From assembly GCA_014382705.1 (NCBI GenBank), contig JACNJE010000080.1:4000-67999 (forward strand): a stretch of DNA of 64,000 bases, given 5' to 3'. The notes beneath the pieces are model-generated. The model was not told the DNA's origin. It did no database searches and saw only the letters and a program-made list of their open reading frames with translations. Shown piece after piece: positions 9,969-20,229 of this stretch; within the stretch, counting starts at the first letter, position 1, and each line of letters opens with the position of its first letter. Both the position numbers and the translations under genes were made by a program. Source of the DNA: Verrucomicrobiota bacterium (GTDB lineage Bacteria; Verrucomicrobiota; Verrucomicrobiia; Limisphaerales; UBA1096).

Positions 9969-12900
9969 ATGACCAGTTCGCCCGCATTTCGCCAGCGATG
10001 CACCGCGCGTGTTTTTGTGCGCGCGGGGCTGTTGCTGCTGGCTCTGCTGTTTGCCGCCCCGGCCGGCCAGGCGGTGACGCTGATCGACTACGAATCGGAC
10101 TGGAAACTGTGGCGCGGCCGCAAGACCCCCAGCCGCCCGGACTACTGGGCCTGGACCAAGGCGGCGCATGACGACTCGGACTGGGAGAGCGCCCCGACGC
10201 CGGTGTTCTTCGGCGAGAAGGTCACCGGCGGCACCGAGCTGGAGGACATGAAGAGCCGCTACAATACGTTTTTTCTCCGACACAAGTTCCACGCCCCCGA
10301 CCCCGGCACGGTCACCTCGATGACGCTCCGGGCCAAGGTCGACGACGGGTTCGTGGCCTACATCAACGGCATCGAGGTGGCGCGGCACAACGTCGAGATT
10401 GCAAAGCCCAAGTACAGCTCGGCCGCCTCCAAGGCGGCGTCGGAGCCGCTGCGCTTCCGCAACTACACGCTGAAGAGCCCGGGGGAGTTTCTGGTCGGGG
10501 GCGAAAACACGATCGCGGTGATCGTGCTCAACCAGCGGCGCACCAGCCCGGACGCCTTGTTCGACGCGCGCCTCTCCGTGGTGTCGGTCGAGAGCGTCCC
10601 GCCCAAGGTGGCGTCGGTCGATCCGCCGGCCGGCTTGGCCTCGGACCTGGGCCGCATCCGCGTCACCTTCACGGAGCCGGTGACCGGTGTGGACGCCGCC
10701 GACCTGCTGGCCAACGGCGTGCCGGCGCAGTCGGTCGTGGGCGGCGGCCGGTCGTGGGCGTTTCAACTCGGAAGCCTGCCCCAAGGCAAGGTGCGCCTGC
10801 ACTGGGCTGAGGGGCACGGGATTGTTGACCAGGCGCAGACCCCCAATTCGTTCCAGGAAACCGCCACCGGCAACCGCTGGAGCTATAACCACGCCGACGC
10901 CAACCCGCCGTACGTCAAGCGCACCAACCCGCCGGCCGGGCTGGCGGTGAAGTCGCTCGACACGATCGAGGTCGAGTTCAGCATGAACGTCAGCGGCGTC
11001 GACGCCGGCGACCTGCGGATCAACGGCCAGCCGGCCCAGAGCGTGACGAAGGTCAGCGACAGCCGCTACCTCTTTGCGCTTGGCCAAGCGCCGGGGGCCG
11101 AAGTGAACGTCTCGTGGGACCTGTACCCGGAGATCACCGGCACGAACCCGTTCGAGAAACCGTTCGCGCCGCTTGGCTGGTTTTACCGCGTGGACGCCAA
11201 CGCGCCGCCGCCGCCGCGCATCGTGATCTCCGAGATCATGTACCACCCAATCGAGGAGCCGGAGTTCGACAAAATAGGCAAGCCGACGCTCGACCTTTCG
11301 GAGGACGTGCATGAGTTTATTGAGCTGCACAACTTCAGCCGCGAGACGGTTGCGCTGGACAACTGGCGGATCAGCGGCGGGATCGACTACGCCTTCCCGG
11401 CGGGGACGAAGGTCGAGAGCGGCGATTTCCTGGTCGTGGCGAAAAACCCCGGGCGCCTGGCCGCCGTGAAGGAGTACCGCCTGTCCGGCATCAACGTGCT
11501 GGGGCCGTACGAGGGCGTGCTCAGCAACAACGGCGAGCGCGTGAGTGTGGAAAACGACGGCGGCAACGTCGAGGACACCGTCCGTTACTCGGCCCAGTTC
11601 CCGTGGCCCATCGGCGCGGACTCGATCGGTGCCGGGCCGAAGTGGACCGGGATCGACCCAATGCAGTACCAGTATCGGGGAAGGTCGCTGGAGCGGATCA
11701 ACTTCTCGTTGCCGGGCAGCGATCCGGCCAACTGGGTCGCCTCGCCGCTTGAGAAGAACGCCACGCCGGGCCGGCCGAACCACGTCGCGCGCGTGCGCTC
11801 GATGCCGGCGCCCATCGTCACCTCCGTCCGCGCGGTCGACCGCAACGGCGACACGCTGATCAGCAAGCTGGAAACCGTCACGATCGAGGCGCGGTTCTCC
11901 ACCAACGAGACGCTTGCCGGCGTCACGCTGGAGTACTTTTACGACAACCTCGAGGAGGAGGACGAGACCTTGGCCAAGCGCGGCATGAAACTGAAGGAGG
12001 GCATATGGACGCACACGCTGCCGAAGAAACCGGACCGGACGCTGGTGCGCTACCGAATCCTGGCCGACCTTGGCCAAGGGCTGGAGCAACTCTCGCCGCG
12101 CAAGAGCGACCCGTACCAGTGGCACGCCTACTTCGTGATGCCGAAGTTCAGCGAGACGCGGAAATATTTCGAGCTGCTGGTGTCACGCAACGGCACTAGC
12201 CAACTTTCCAAAAACGCCGCGGCCAACCCCCGCAGCGGCTATCGCCCGGCGAAGGACGTGATCCCGCGCGGCCCGTGGAACGACACCGTGCACGGCATCC
12301 TCGTTTACAACGGCGAGGTGCGCGACGTGTACGCCCGCTGGAACGGCAGCTTCTACCGCCGCAACTCCGGCCGCAACTCGTGGAAGGTGCGTCTGCCGCG
12401 CTACAACCAGTTTGATGGCCAGAGCGACTTGCTGTTTATGGACAAGGACAACGTGACCGTGGCCGGGCACACGCTGTACCGCGAGCTTGGCCTGCCGACC
12501 TCGCACACCGAATGGGTCGATGTCGCCATCAACAAGCGCAAGATGCGGCGCCTGATGGTGGAGGATCACAACGACCGTTTGCTCGAAAGATACCATGAGG
12601 ACCAGGCCCGCCGGAACCCCGGCACCGAGGTCGAGCCGAATGGGCATATCTTCAAGTCGAGTGGTATCCTGCAAAACCTCGGCCCGTACGGCCGGGGCGA
12701 CGGCGGCAAACTGGGAACCAACGACGGCTGGGCGTCGCTGCAGCGGTACGAGTGGATTTACTCCTCCAAAAACCAGGACTGGAAGGGACACACCGAGTTG
12801 AAGGAAATGATCGATGGCCTGGCCAAGAACCGGAGCAACCGCACCCGACTCAAGAAATGGTTCGAGGCGAACTGGGACTTGGAGTCGCTGATGAGCTACA

Positions 12901-15347
12901 TCGCCGTGCGCAACTGGATGGGGACGTGGGACGACACGGTGCACAACTTCTACCTTTGGCGCCGGGCCGACGGACGGTGGGCGCTGTTGCCTTGGGATTT
13001 CGACAACGACATGCGCAACGACTACATCAGCCGGTCCATCTTTATCGGCGAGGCAGGCAACCCCAACACCACCCACGGCACGCACACCATCAAGGATGCG
13101 TTTTTCAAGGCGTTCCGCACCGAGTACAAGGAGCACCTGTACTACCTGAACAACACGCTGCTCACGCCGGAGAGCCTCGGCCGCATGGGCCTGACCGGCT
13201 ACACCGCGTTCGCCCGCGGCCGCCTGTCCAATGTCAACAAGCAGTGCGGCAACGTGAACATCCCCAGCCAACCGTCGGCCCAGCAGTTGACCGGCGGCGG
13301 CTCCGTCTACGCCCCGGCGTCGATGGTGGTGTCGGCCTTCAAGAGCAGCGACGGGGCGGCCACCCACGCCGAGACGATCTGGGAAATCCGCGCCGCCGAC
13401 GGCTCGTTCACCTACCCCGTCTTCAAGGCCAGGACCACGGAGCAACTGACTGAGATGCCGGTGCCGTTCGACCGGCTCGAATTCGGCCGCACCTACTATT
13501 GGCGGGCGACCGTGATCGACTCAAGCGGGCGCAAGTCGCTGCCCAACACGGAGGCTGGCTTCCGCTACGGCGGCCATGCCCGGTCAGAGGATCTCGTCTC
13601 CCTCACGGACACGGAATGGAAATACAACGCAGACGGCACGAACCTCGGCACCACCTGGCGCAAGGCCGAGTACGACGACTCCGCTTGGCCAAGCGGCAAA
13701 TCGTACCTGGGCCGCGCCACCTCCCGGCAAAAACACAAGATGGCCACCACCCTCAAGATGGGGCCAACCACGTTTTATTTCCGCAAAACGTTCAACTTCG
13801 ACCCGCCGGCCGGCGGCGGCGAGCTGCAGATTCGCTACCTCGTCGACGACGGCGCGGTGTTTTATCTCAACGGCAAGCATATCCACCGCGTGAACATGAA
13901 GGAACGCGGCAGCATCCGCCACACCACTCGGGCGCTGGATTCCGTGGCCGACGCCGAGCTGAGCGGCCAGATCACGCTCCCCGGCAAATCGCTGAAGCAG
14001 GGCGAGAATCTCCTCGCGGTCGAGGTGCACCAATACTCGACCAATGACCGGGACCTCGCCTTCGGCATGAGCCTGAGCGCCACCGTCGAAAGCCTGCCGG
14101 ACGGCGTCATTCTCAACGAGTTGATGGCCGCCAATCGCGGCTCGGTGGCAAACGGAGACACCAACCCCGACTGGATCGAGCTGCACAACCCGACCGATCG
14201 CGACATCGACCTCGGCGGTGCCGGTCTCGGCGACGGGGTCGCCCTGGAGCCAACCTTCTTTTTCCCGGCGCAAACCATCCTGCCGGCCAGGGGCCGCCTC
14301 GTCGTCTGGTGCGACAACCAGCAGGAGGCGCCCGGGCTGCACACCGGCTTCGCGCTCGACGCCGACGGCCAAAACATCGCGCTGTGGTGGCCAAGCGATG
14401 CGGGGTTGAAGATTCAGGACGCCATCGGTTTCGGCCCGCAGGCCGGAAATCTCTCCATCGGGCGCGAGCCGGACGGCCTTGGCCCGTGGACGCTCACCAC
14501 CCCCACCCCCGGCTTGGCCAACGCCAAGTCGGACCTGGGCAGCATCCGGTCGCTCTCGATCAACGAATGGATGGCCCGGCCGGAGAACGGCAGCGACTGG
14601 CTCGAGTTGTTCAACAATTCCTCCCTCCCGGTCGCGCTCGCCGGGCTGAAGTTGAGCGACGACCCGGCCCAGCCGGACAAGACCGTGCTGCCGCCGCTCT
14701 CGTTCATCGGCCCCGGCGGGTTTCTCCGCCTGGCCGCCGACAACACCCCCGCCGACGGGCCGACGCACCTCGGCTTCCGTCTCAGCGGCAGCGGCGAAGA
14801 GATCGTCCTGACCGACACGAAGGACAAAAAGATCGACTCGGTGCTGTTCGGCGAGCAGACACGCGGCTCCTCGGAGGGCCGCTACCCCGACGGGGCCAGG
14901 TCGATTGTCTTCTTCCCGAACAGCGCCACGCCGGGCCGGGCAAACCTGATTCTCGGCGATTCCGACGAAGACGGCCTGCCCAACCTTTGGGAAGACCAAT
15001 ACGGGCTCAACCCAAATAGCGCCGCCGATGCCGCGCTCGACCCGGACGACGACGGCCACACCAACCTCGAGGAATATCTCGCCGGTACCCGGCCGGATGA
15101 CCCCGCCAGCGTGCTGGCGCTCGACCTGACGCTGCACGGACGCACTGTGATCGTCTCGTTCGAGGCACAGGCCGGGCGCGCGTATCGGCTGTGGAGCGCC
15201 TCCGACCTCGCCAGCGGCGACTGGATTCAAGTGCAGGCGTTCCCGGCCGCAGACGCCAAACGCACGGTCACCTACGGGATTCCCGCCGTCCATCTGCCGC
15301 TGCCCAACGGCTACTACCGACTTACGATCCCGGCGGCGATCGACTGA
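9969..15347 (+). CDS. Giant secreted CotH-kinase / lamin-tail-domain protein
   Basis: Signal peptide; two DDG-type jelly-roll modules; two Ig-like repeats; LTD starts (IVISEIMYHP, VILNELMAAN, LSINEWMA); CotH motifs (HNFYLW, LLPWDFD); C-terminal DSDEDGLPNLWE...EYLAGT. Confidence 0.88.
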   Translation: MTSSPAFRQRCTARVFVRAGLLLLALLFAAPAGQAVTLIDYESDWKLWRGRKTPSRPDYWAWTKAAHDDSDWESAPTPVFFGEKVTGGTELEDMKSRYNTFFLRHKFHAPDPGTVTSMTLRAKVDDGFVAYINGIEVARHNVEIAKPKYSSAASKAASEPLRFRNYTLKSPGEFLVGGENTIAVIVLNQRRTSPDALFDARLSVVSVESVPPKVASVDPPAGLASDLGRIRVTFTEPVTGVDAADLLANGVPAQSVVGGGRSWAFQLGSLPQGKVRLHWAEGHGIVDQAQTPNSFQETATGNRWSYNHADANPPYVKRTNPPAGLAVKSLDTIEVEFSMNVSGVDAGDLRINGQPAQSVTKVSDSRYLFALGQAPGAEVNVSWDLYPEITGTNPFEKPFAPLGWFYRVDANAPPPPRIVISEIMYHPIEEPEFDKIGKPTLDLSEDVHEFIELHNFSRETVALDNWRISGGIDYAFPAGTKVESGDFLVVAKNPGRLAAVKEYRLSGINVLGPYEGVLSNNGERVSVENDGGNVEDTVRYSAQFPWPIGADSIGAGPKWTGIDPMQYQYRGRSLERINFSLPGSDPANWVASPLEKNATPGRPNHVARVRSMPAPIVTSVRAVDRNGDTLISKLETVTIEARFSTNETLAGVTLEYFYDNLEEEDETLAKRGMKLKEGIWTHTLPKKPDRTLVRYRILADLGQGLEQLSPRKSDPYQWHAYFVMPKFSETRKYFELLVSRNGTSQLSKNAAANPRSGYRPAKDVIPRGPWNDTVHGILVYNGEVRDVYARWNGSFYRRNSGRNSWKVRLPRYNQFDGQSDLLFMDKDNVTVAGHTLYRELGLPTSHTEWVDVAINKRKMRRLMVEDHNDRLLERYHEDQARRNPGTEVEPNGHIFKSSGILQNLGPYGRGDGGKLGTNDGWASLQRYEWIYSSKNQDWKGHTELKEMIDGLAKNRSNRTRLKKWFEANWDLESLMSYIAVRNWMGTWDDTVHNFYLWRRADGRWALLPWDFDNDMRNDYISRSIFIGEAGNPNTTHGTHTIKDAFFKAFRTEYKEHLYYLNNTLLTPESLGRMGLTGYTAFARGRLSNVNKQCGNVNIPSQPSAQQLTGGGSVYAPASMVVSAFKSSDGAATHAETIWEIRAADGSFTYPVFKARTTEQLTEMPVPFDRLEFGRTYYWRATVIDSSGRKSLPNTEAGFRYGGHARSEDLVSLTDTEWKYNADGTNLGTTWRKAEYDDSAWPSGKSYLGRATSRQKHKMATTLKMGPTTFYFRKTFNFDPPAGGGELQIRYLVDDGAVFYLNGKHIHRVNMKERGSIRHTTRALDSVADAELSGQITLPGKSLKQGENLLAVEVHQYSTNDRDLAFGMSLSATVESLPDGVILNELMAANRGSVANGDTNPDWIELHNPTDRDIDLGGAGLGDGVALEPTFFFPAQTILPARGRLVVWCDNQQEAPGLHTGFALDADGQNIALWWPSDAGLKIQDAIGFGPQAGNLSIGREPDGLGPWTLTTPTPGLANAKSDLGSIRSLSINEWMARPENGSDWLELFNNSSLPVALAGLKLSDDPAQPDKTVLPPLSFIGPGGFLRLAADNTPADGPTHLGFRLSGSGEEIVLTDTKDKKIDSVLFGEQTRGSSEGRYPDGARSIVFFPNSATPGRANLILGDSDEDGLPNLWEDQYGLNPNSAADAALDPDDDGHTNLEEYLAGTRPDDPASVLALDLTLHGRTVIVSFEAQAGRAYRLWSASDLASGDWIQVQAFPAADAKRTVTYGIPAVHLPLPNGYYRLTIPAAID

Positions 15348-15353
15348 CCGTCA

Positions 15354-17357
15354 ATGAGCGGCGCGTTGACAACCTTCGACTCGCCCGGGCTGGAACTGAT
15401 CATCCCAGCCGGTTTGCTGCTGGTCGCGATACTGCCATTCCTTGGCCAGACAACCCGCCTACAGGCCGCCGGACTGGTGGCGCTGCCCCTCGCGCTGGCC
15501 GCAGGGCTGGGGATCTTCAAGTACACCGTGGACGCGCACAACGCCGCCTCGCGCGACAGGCTGCTCTCCTCCGCACCGGTGCAGGCCCGGCTCAGCCCGG
15601 TCACCGATCCGGACAACGCCTACGCCTCGTCTAAAACCTGCCGCGCCTGCCACCCGTCCGAGTACCACAGTTGGCACCACAGCTACCACCGCACGATGAC
15701 GCAGTTGGCCAAGCCGGGGGCGGTCTTGGCCAACTGGGACGGCACCCGGCTTCCGCTTGGCCAAGCGGAGCTGCAGCTCGAAAAAAAGGGGGACGAATAC
15801 TGGGTCACCACGGTCGGTGCCGACGGCATCAAGCAGGAGGTCCAGCGCGTGACCCTCACCACCGGCTCGCACCATCTGCAGGTTTATTGGGTCGCCGACG
15901 CCAAGGGCAACCTGCAGCATCCCTTCCCGTACGGCTGGCTGGTTGCCGATCAAAAATGGGCGCCGGTGTCGGACACCTTCCTGCGCGACCCGAACCTCGC
16001 CCCGCCCGACGCCAAGTGGCACAACGTTTGCATCAAGTGCCACGCGGTCGCCGGACGCCCCGGCGCCGATGCCCACACCGGCACCGTCAACACCGAGATC
16101 GCGGAACTGGGCATCGCCTGCGAAGCCTGCCACGGCCCGGCCGGGGCGCACATTGCCCACTACCAAAATCCCGCCAACCGTTACCGGTCGCGCCTCGGCG
16201 GCGGGGCGGCCCACGGCATCCTCAATCCCGGCAGCGAGACACTCGACCACCGCTTATCGACACAAGCCTGCGGCCAGTGCCACTCGTACCAAAGCCAGAG
16301 TCAGGCGCAAAAAATCGACTGGAACAAAAACGGCCCGCGTTTCCTGCCCGGCCAAAATTTGAAACCCCGCGTCGCCGTCGTTCACGCTAGCAACTTCATC
16401 GCCGACAAAAACCCGGGCACGCCTGCGGAACTCAAGGCGTTCGTCGCCACGCACAAACATCTGCCCCTCGGCAGGGGGGATTTGCTCGATCGTTTCTGGC
16501 CGGACGGCATGGTGCGCGTCACCGGCCGCGAATACAACGGCCTGCTCGACACGCCCTGCTTTCAGCGCGGCAAATTGTCCTGCCTCTCCTGCCACTCGAT
16601 GCACGGCTACCACGACCGCAACGACCAACTCGCGCCCCGCATGGCCACCAACGAGGCGTGCCTCCAGTGCCACGACGGTTTCCGCGACAACCCAGCCGCG
16701 CACACCCACCACGCCGCCGGCTCCACCGGCAGCCTTTGTTACAACTGCCACATGCCGCACACCACCTACGGCCTGCTCGGCGCCATCCGCAGCCACCAGG
16801 TCGACTCGCCCAGCGTCGGGGCGCAGTTGAAAACCGGCCGCCCCAACGCCTGCAACCTCTGCCATCTCGACCAAACCCTCGACTGGACCGGCCGGCACCT
16901 GGCTGAGTGGTACGGCCACCGGCGGCCGACGCTCGACGACGACGGTGAGTCGGTCTCGGCGACGCTCACGATGCTGCTCAAGGGCGACGCCGGCCAGCGC
17001 GCCATCGCCGCCTGGCACATGGGCTGGGAACCGGCCCGCAGAGCCTCCGGCGGCGACTGGCAGGCACCATGGCTGATCCGGGCGATGGACGACCCGTACG
17101 CCGCCGTTCGCCAAATTGCCCACAAGGCGCTGACGGCCGATCCCGCCTTTGCCGGCGCGCCGTTCGACTACACCGCCCCCTTGGCCAAGCGCGCCGACCA
17201 AATCGCCGCCATCCGGCGCCGCTTGGCCAACGCCGGCCCGCTTGGCCAAGCGCCGCGGGCCGAACTTCTGCTCGACGGCCGTGGCCGCCCGCTGGAAGAT
17301 GACGCCGCCCGATTGACCGCCCAACGCAACAACCGCCCGATGACCCTACAGGAATGA
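15354..17357 (+). CDS. Membrane-anchored octaheme c-type cytochrome with C-terminal HEAT-like region
   Basis: Eight CxxCH motifs: CRACH, CIKCH, CEACH, CGQCH, CLSCH, CLQCH, CYNCH, CNLCH; two N-terminal TM segments. Confidence 0.88.
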   Translation: MSGALTTFDSPGLELIIPAGLLLVAILPFLGQTTRLQAAGLVALPLALAAGLGIFKYTVDAHNAASRDRLLSSAPVQARLSPVTDPDNAYASSKTCRACHPSEYHSWHHSYHRTMTQLAKPGAVLANWDGTRLPLGQAELQLEKKGDEYWVTTVGADGIKQEVQRVTLTTGSHHLQVYWVADAKGNLQHPFPYGWLVADQKWAPVSDTFLRDPNLAPPDAKWHNVCIKCHAVAGRPGADAHTGTVNTEIAELGIACEACHGPAGAHIAHYQNPANRYRSRLGGGAAHGILNPGSETLDHRLSTQACGQCHSYQSQSQAQKIDWNKNGPRFLPGQNLKPRVAVVHASNFIADKNPGTPAELKAFVATHKHLPLGRGDLLDRFWPDGMVRVTGREYNGLLDTPCFQRGKLSCLSCHSMHGYHDRNDQLAPRMATNEACLQCHDGFRDNPAAHTHHAAGSTGSLCYNCHMPHTTYGLLGAIRSHQVDSPSVGAQLKTGRPNACNLCHLDQTLDWTGRHLAEWYGHRRPTLDDDGESVSATLTMLLKGDAGQRAIAAWHMGWEPARRASGGDWQAPWLIRAMDDPYAAVRQIAHKALTADPAFAGAPFDYTAPLAKRADQIAAIRRRLANAGPLGQAPRAELLLDGRGRPLEDDAARLTAQRNNRPMTLQE

Positions 17358-17863
17358 GCAAACACAAACCGACCCGACGCGAACAGGCCGCCCAACAGGC
17401 CCGAAACGCCCCGGCCCACCCGGCTCCCCCCACCGCCGGCGGCCAGGCCACGCCGGAGGAGCAACGGCATTTCCGGTTGGGCTGGTGGTCGCTGTTCCTG
17501 TTCGTTTGCCTTGGCATCCTGCTCGAGGGCATGCTGGCGTTCAAGGCCCCTTGGTATGTGAATGTCGGTGACGATGAAACGCACCGGCTGATGCTCCGGC
17601 TGGGCCACGCGCACGGGACATTGTTGTCGGTGCTCAACATCGTGTTCGCCGCCTCGCTGCCCCGGCTGGGCCTGCCGGCCGGCGCGCGCGTCCTGGCCTC
17701 CCGCTGCCTTGCCGCCGCGACCCTGCTCGTGCCCGGCGGCTTCATACTCGGCGGCCTGGTCACCCACGGGGCCGATCCGGGGCTTGGCATCATTCTCCTG
17801 CCGGCCGGCGCCGTCCTGCTGTTGTTCGGCATCTTCCAGGTGGCCCGCCACGCCGGGAAATAA
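17354..17863 (+). CDS. Hypothetical 4-TM membrane protein
   Basis: ATGA overlap with the cytochrome stop; four hydrophobic helices; RLGHAHGTL motif. Confidence 0.75.
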   Translation: MSKHKPTRREQAAQQARNAPAHPAPPTAGGQATPEEQRHFRLGWWSLFLFVCLGILLEGMLAFKAPWYVNVGDDETHRLMLRLGHAHGTLLSVLNIVFAASLPRLGLPAGARVLASRCLAAATLLVPGGFILGGLVTHGADPGLGIILLPAGAVLLLFGIFQVARHAGK

Positions 17864-17868
17864 CCGGC

Positions 17869-19284
17869 TCAGCCCGGCAGGTGCTTCAACACGAGAAGCA
17901 CATACAGCGTGGCCAGCGCGATGTGAAGCAGCGCGAACGGCAATGCTTTTTTGACGAAGCCGATAAACGAGATGCGCAGGTCGTGCTTGTGCATGAGGGT
18001 CACCGCCACCAGCGTTGACGCGGAGCCGATCGGCGTCAGGTTGCCGCCGAGGTTCGCGCCGAAAATTACCGACCACCACATGCCGGGGTCGACGGCCGGA
18101 TCCATCGACTTGAGGATGTTCGACAGCACCGCGGCGAGCGGGATGTTGTCGGTCACGCTGCTGGCCACGGCGGAGGAGACCAGCAACAGGCCGCCGCCCA
18201 GCTTGGCGCCCATCCCGATGATCGGCTCGATGCCCCTGCCGATCAGATCCAGCACCATCGCCTGCTCCATCGCGTAGATGGCAACAAACAGATAGACGAA
18301 AAAGAACAGCAGATCCCAGTCGACGCCACTGTAAAACTTGCCCACGCTCGATTTGAATTTACAGAGCATGATCACGGCAAACATCATCGCCACGAACCCC
18401 ATGCCCAGCTTGCCGATCGGCCAGCCATCAAACGACGCGGTGGCAATGAAACAGATGAACAGCAGCAGCATCGCCGCGCCAAACCAAAAGAAGCCCATGC
18501 TCTCGATGCCGTCCCGCTCGTCGAAGCTCGAAACCTGGCCAAGCGCCACGGCCCGTTCCTCGTCGGTCTTGAGCGACTCGATCCCAAACACCCTGGCACC
18601 CATCACGATGGTGGCGGCAGTGGCCACGACGACGTACGGCGCGGCCTTGATGAAGAAGGTCACAAACCCGATCCCCGCCGTGGTTCCGACGATAATGTTC
18701 GGCACGGAGGAAATCAGCGTGAGCAGGCCGCCGATGTTCGTCAGCAACCCCTCCACCAGCAAGAAGCCCAGCAGCTTCTCCCGTTGGCCAAGCTTGCCGA
18801 GCGACACGGCGCTCAATGACCCGACGATAATCATCGCGGTGACGTTGTTCAGCACGGCGCTGAACACCACGGTCATCACGCCATAAAACCAAAGCAACCG
18901 CCGTGGATCGCCCCTCGACGCCTTCGTCAGCCGGATCGCGATGTAGGTGAACAGGCCCGACTGGCTCGTCACGTCGACAAACAAACTCGAGCCGAGGATG
19001 ATCGTGATCACCCCCCACTCGATCCCCGGGATGAACACCGGCAGCTTCATCTTGTGTCCGTTCGGCAAGTCTACGGGGCCGAACGGCAGGATTTCGGTGA
19101 ACGCCCCCAGCAACAGCGCGATGACCGCCGTCACGCCGACGATCACCGATTTCTTTGCGTGGATCTTCTCCTCCAGCGCAAGGCACAGCACCATCGCCAC
19201 CAACAGCCCGGCAAACAAATAGGTGATCCACGGCGCCACCGAGGAAGCGGCGTGGGCGGTGGTGGCTAACATGATCAATTCCAT
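17869..19284 (-). CDS. ArsB/NhaD/SLC13-family (IT superfamily) permease
   Basis: SAVLNNVT, TNIGGLLTLISSVPNII, SSVTDNIP, GANLGGNLTPIGSAS; many TM helices. Confidence 0.88.
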   Translation of the reverse strand: MELIMLATTAHAASSVAPWITYLFAGLLVAMVLCLALEEKIHAKKSVIVGVTAVIALLLGAFTEILPFGPVDLPNGHKMKLPVFIPGIEWGVITIILGSSLFVDVTSQSGLFTYIAIRLTKASRGDPRRLLWFYGVMTVVFSAVLNNVTAMIIVGSLSAVSLGKLGQREKLLGFLLVEGLLTNIGGLLTLISSVPNIIVGTTAGIGFVTFFIKAAPYVVVATAATIVMGARVFGIESLKTDEERAVALGQVSSFDERDGIESMGFFWFGAAMLLLFICFIATASFDGWPIGKLGMGFVAMMFAVIMLCKFKSSVGKFYSGVDWDLLFFFVYLFVAIYAMEQAMVLDLIGRGIEPIIGMGAKLGGGLLLVSSAVASSVTDNIPLAAVLSNILKSMDPAVDPGMWWSVIFGANLGGNLTPIGSASTLVAVTLMHKHDLRISFIGFVKKALPFALLHIALATLYVLLVLKHLPG

Positions 19285-19297
19285 TCCCGCATCCTCC

Positions 19298-20158
19298 CTA
19301 CAGCATCAGCAGCGGCGTCGTTCGCAGCTCGACCGCGAGCGGATACGCGATCCCGTGCATCGCCAACTGTTCGTCGTCCTTCGTGTACATGACCAGCAGG
19401 TCAATTTCGTTCTCCTCAACCAACTCCCGGTAATCGGCGAGCCGGTGCCCAAGCGTCACCCGGCTCTCGACCGTGAGCGTTGGGTTCCCCTCGGCCAGAC
19501 CGGCGCGGCACGACTCGATGTACTCCATCGGATCCTCCAGCAGCCGCGCCCGGATCGCCTCGCGGGCAACGTCGGTGTCCAGATCCGGGATTTTCCCGAT
19601 CGCCGCGATGTACCGCTCAAACACCGTGTCGTCCTCGACATGCGCAAGGTACAGCGTCCCACCGTCCCGCGTGAAATGCGCCGCGTGACTGACCAGCCGG
19701 TGATCCCCGGCCAGGTGATCCGTCACCGCCATGACCCGGTCGGTGTTCTGGAGCGCATGCCCCGGCACATCCCCCCGCTCCGAACGCGGCAGAACCAGCA
19801 CCGGTGTCGAGGTCGACTGCGTCAACACGTCCACGTGCCGGCCCAGGCTGTGCGGCCACTCCCCGACCGCGCCGTGCAGATCGCGGTACGTCACGACCAA
19901 ATCCGGTTTGGCCCGCTCCACTGCGTCCAACACCTCCCGGATCCCAAACGGCGTGTCGCCGCCAAAAAACTCCCACTCCGACCCGTCCCCGGTCTCCAGT
20001 GCCGAGAGAAAACCCTTGGCCAAGTATAGAAAATCATCCTGCCTCGACTCCGGAAGGTCGTGCACGACCAGCACCCGGCCGACCTCGACCGGTTGCCGCG
20101 CGAACACCTCCCGGGACGCGGCGTTGAAGACACTCTCAAATCGATCCAGCGTGGACAT
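19298..20158 (-). CDS. Universal-stress-protein-like tandem domain protein
   Basis: TPVLVLP, LYLAHVED and IDLLVM...TPLLML resemble two USP domains; directly upstream of the permease. Confidence 0.6.
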   Translation of the reverse strand: MSTLDRFESVFNAASREVFARQPVEVGRVLVVHDLPESRQDDFLYLAKGFLSALETGDGSEWEFFGGDTPFGIREVLDAVERAKPDLVVTYRDLHGAVGEWPHSLGRHVDVLTQSTSTPVLVLPRSERGDVPGHALQNTDRVMAVTDHLAGDHRLVSHAAHFTRDGGTLYLAHVEDDTVFERYIAAIGKIPDLDTDVAREAIRARLLEDPMEYIESCRAGLAEGNPTLTVESRVTLGHRLADYRELVEENEIDLLVMYTKDDEQLAMHGIAYPLAVELRTTPLLML

Positions 20159-20229
20159 GCCGCCGGCAGGATAAAACAAATGACAAAATCCTCAAGCCGG
20201 AATACCGCCCCCTCCGCTTGGCCAAGCGC

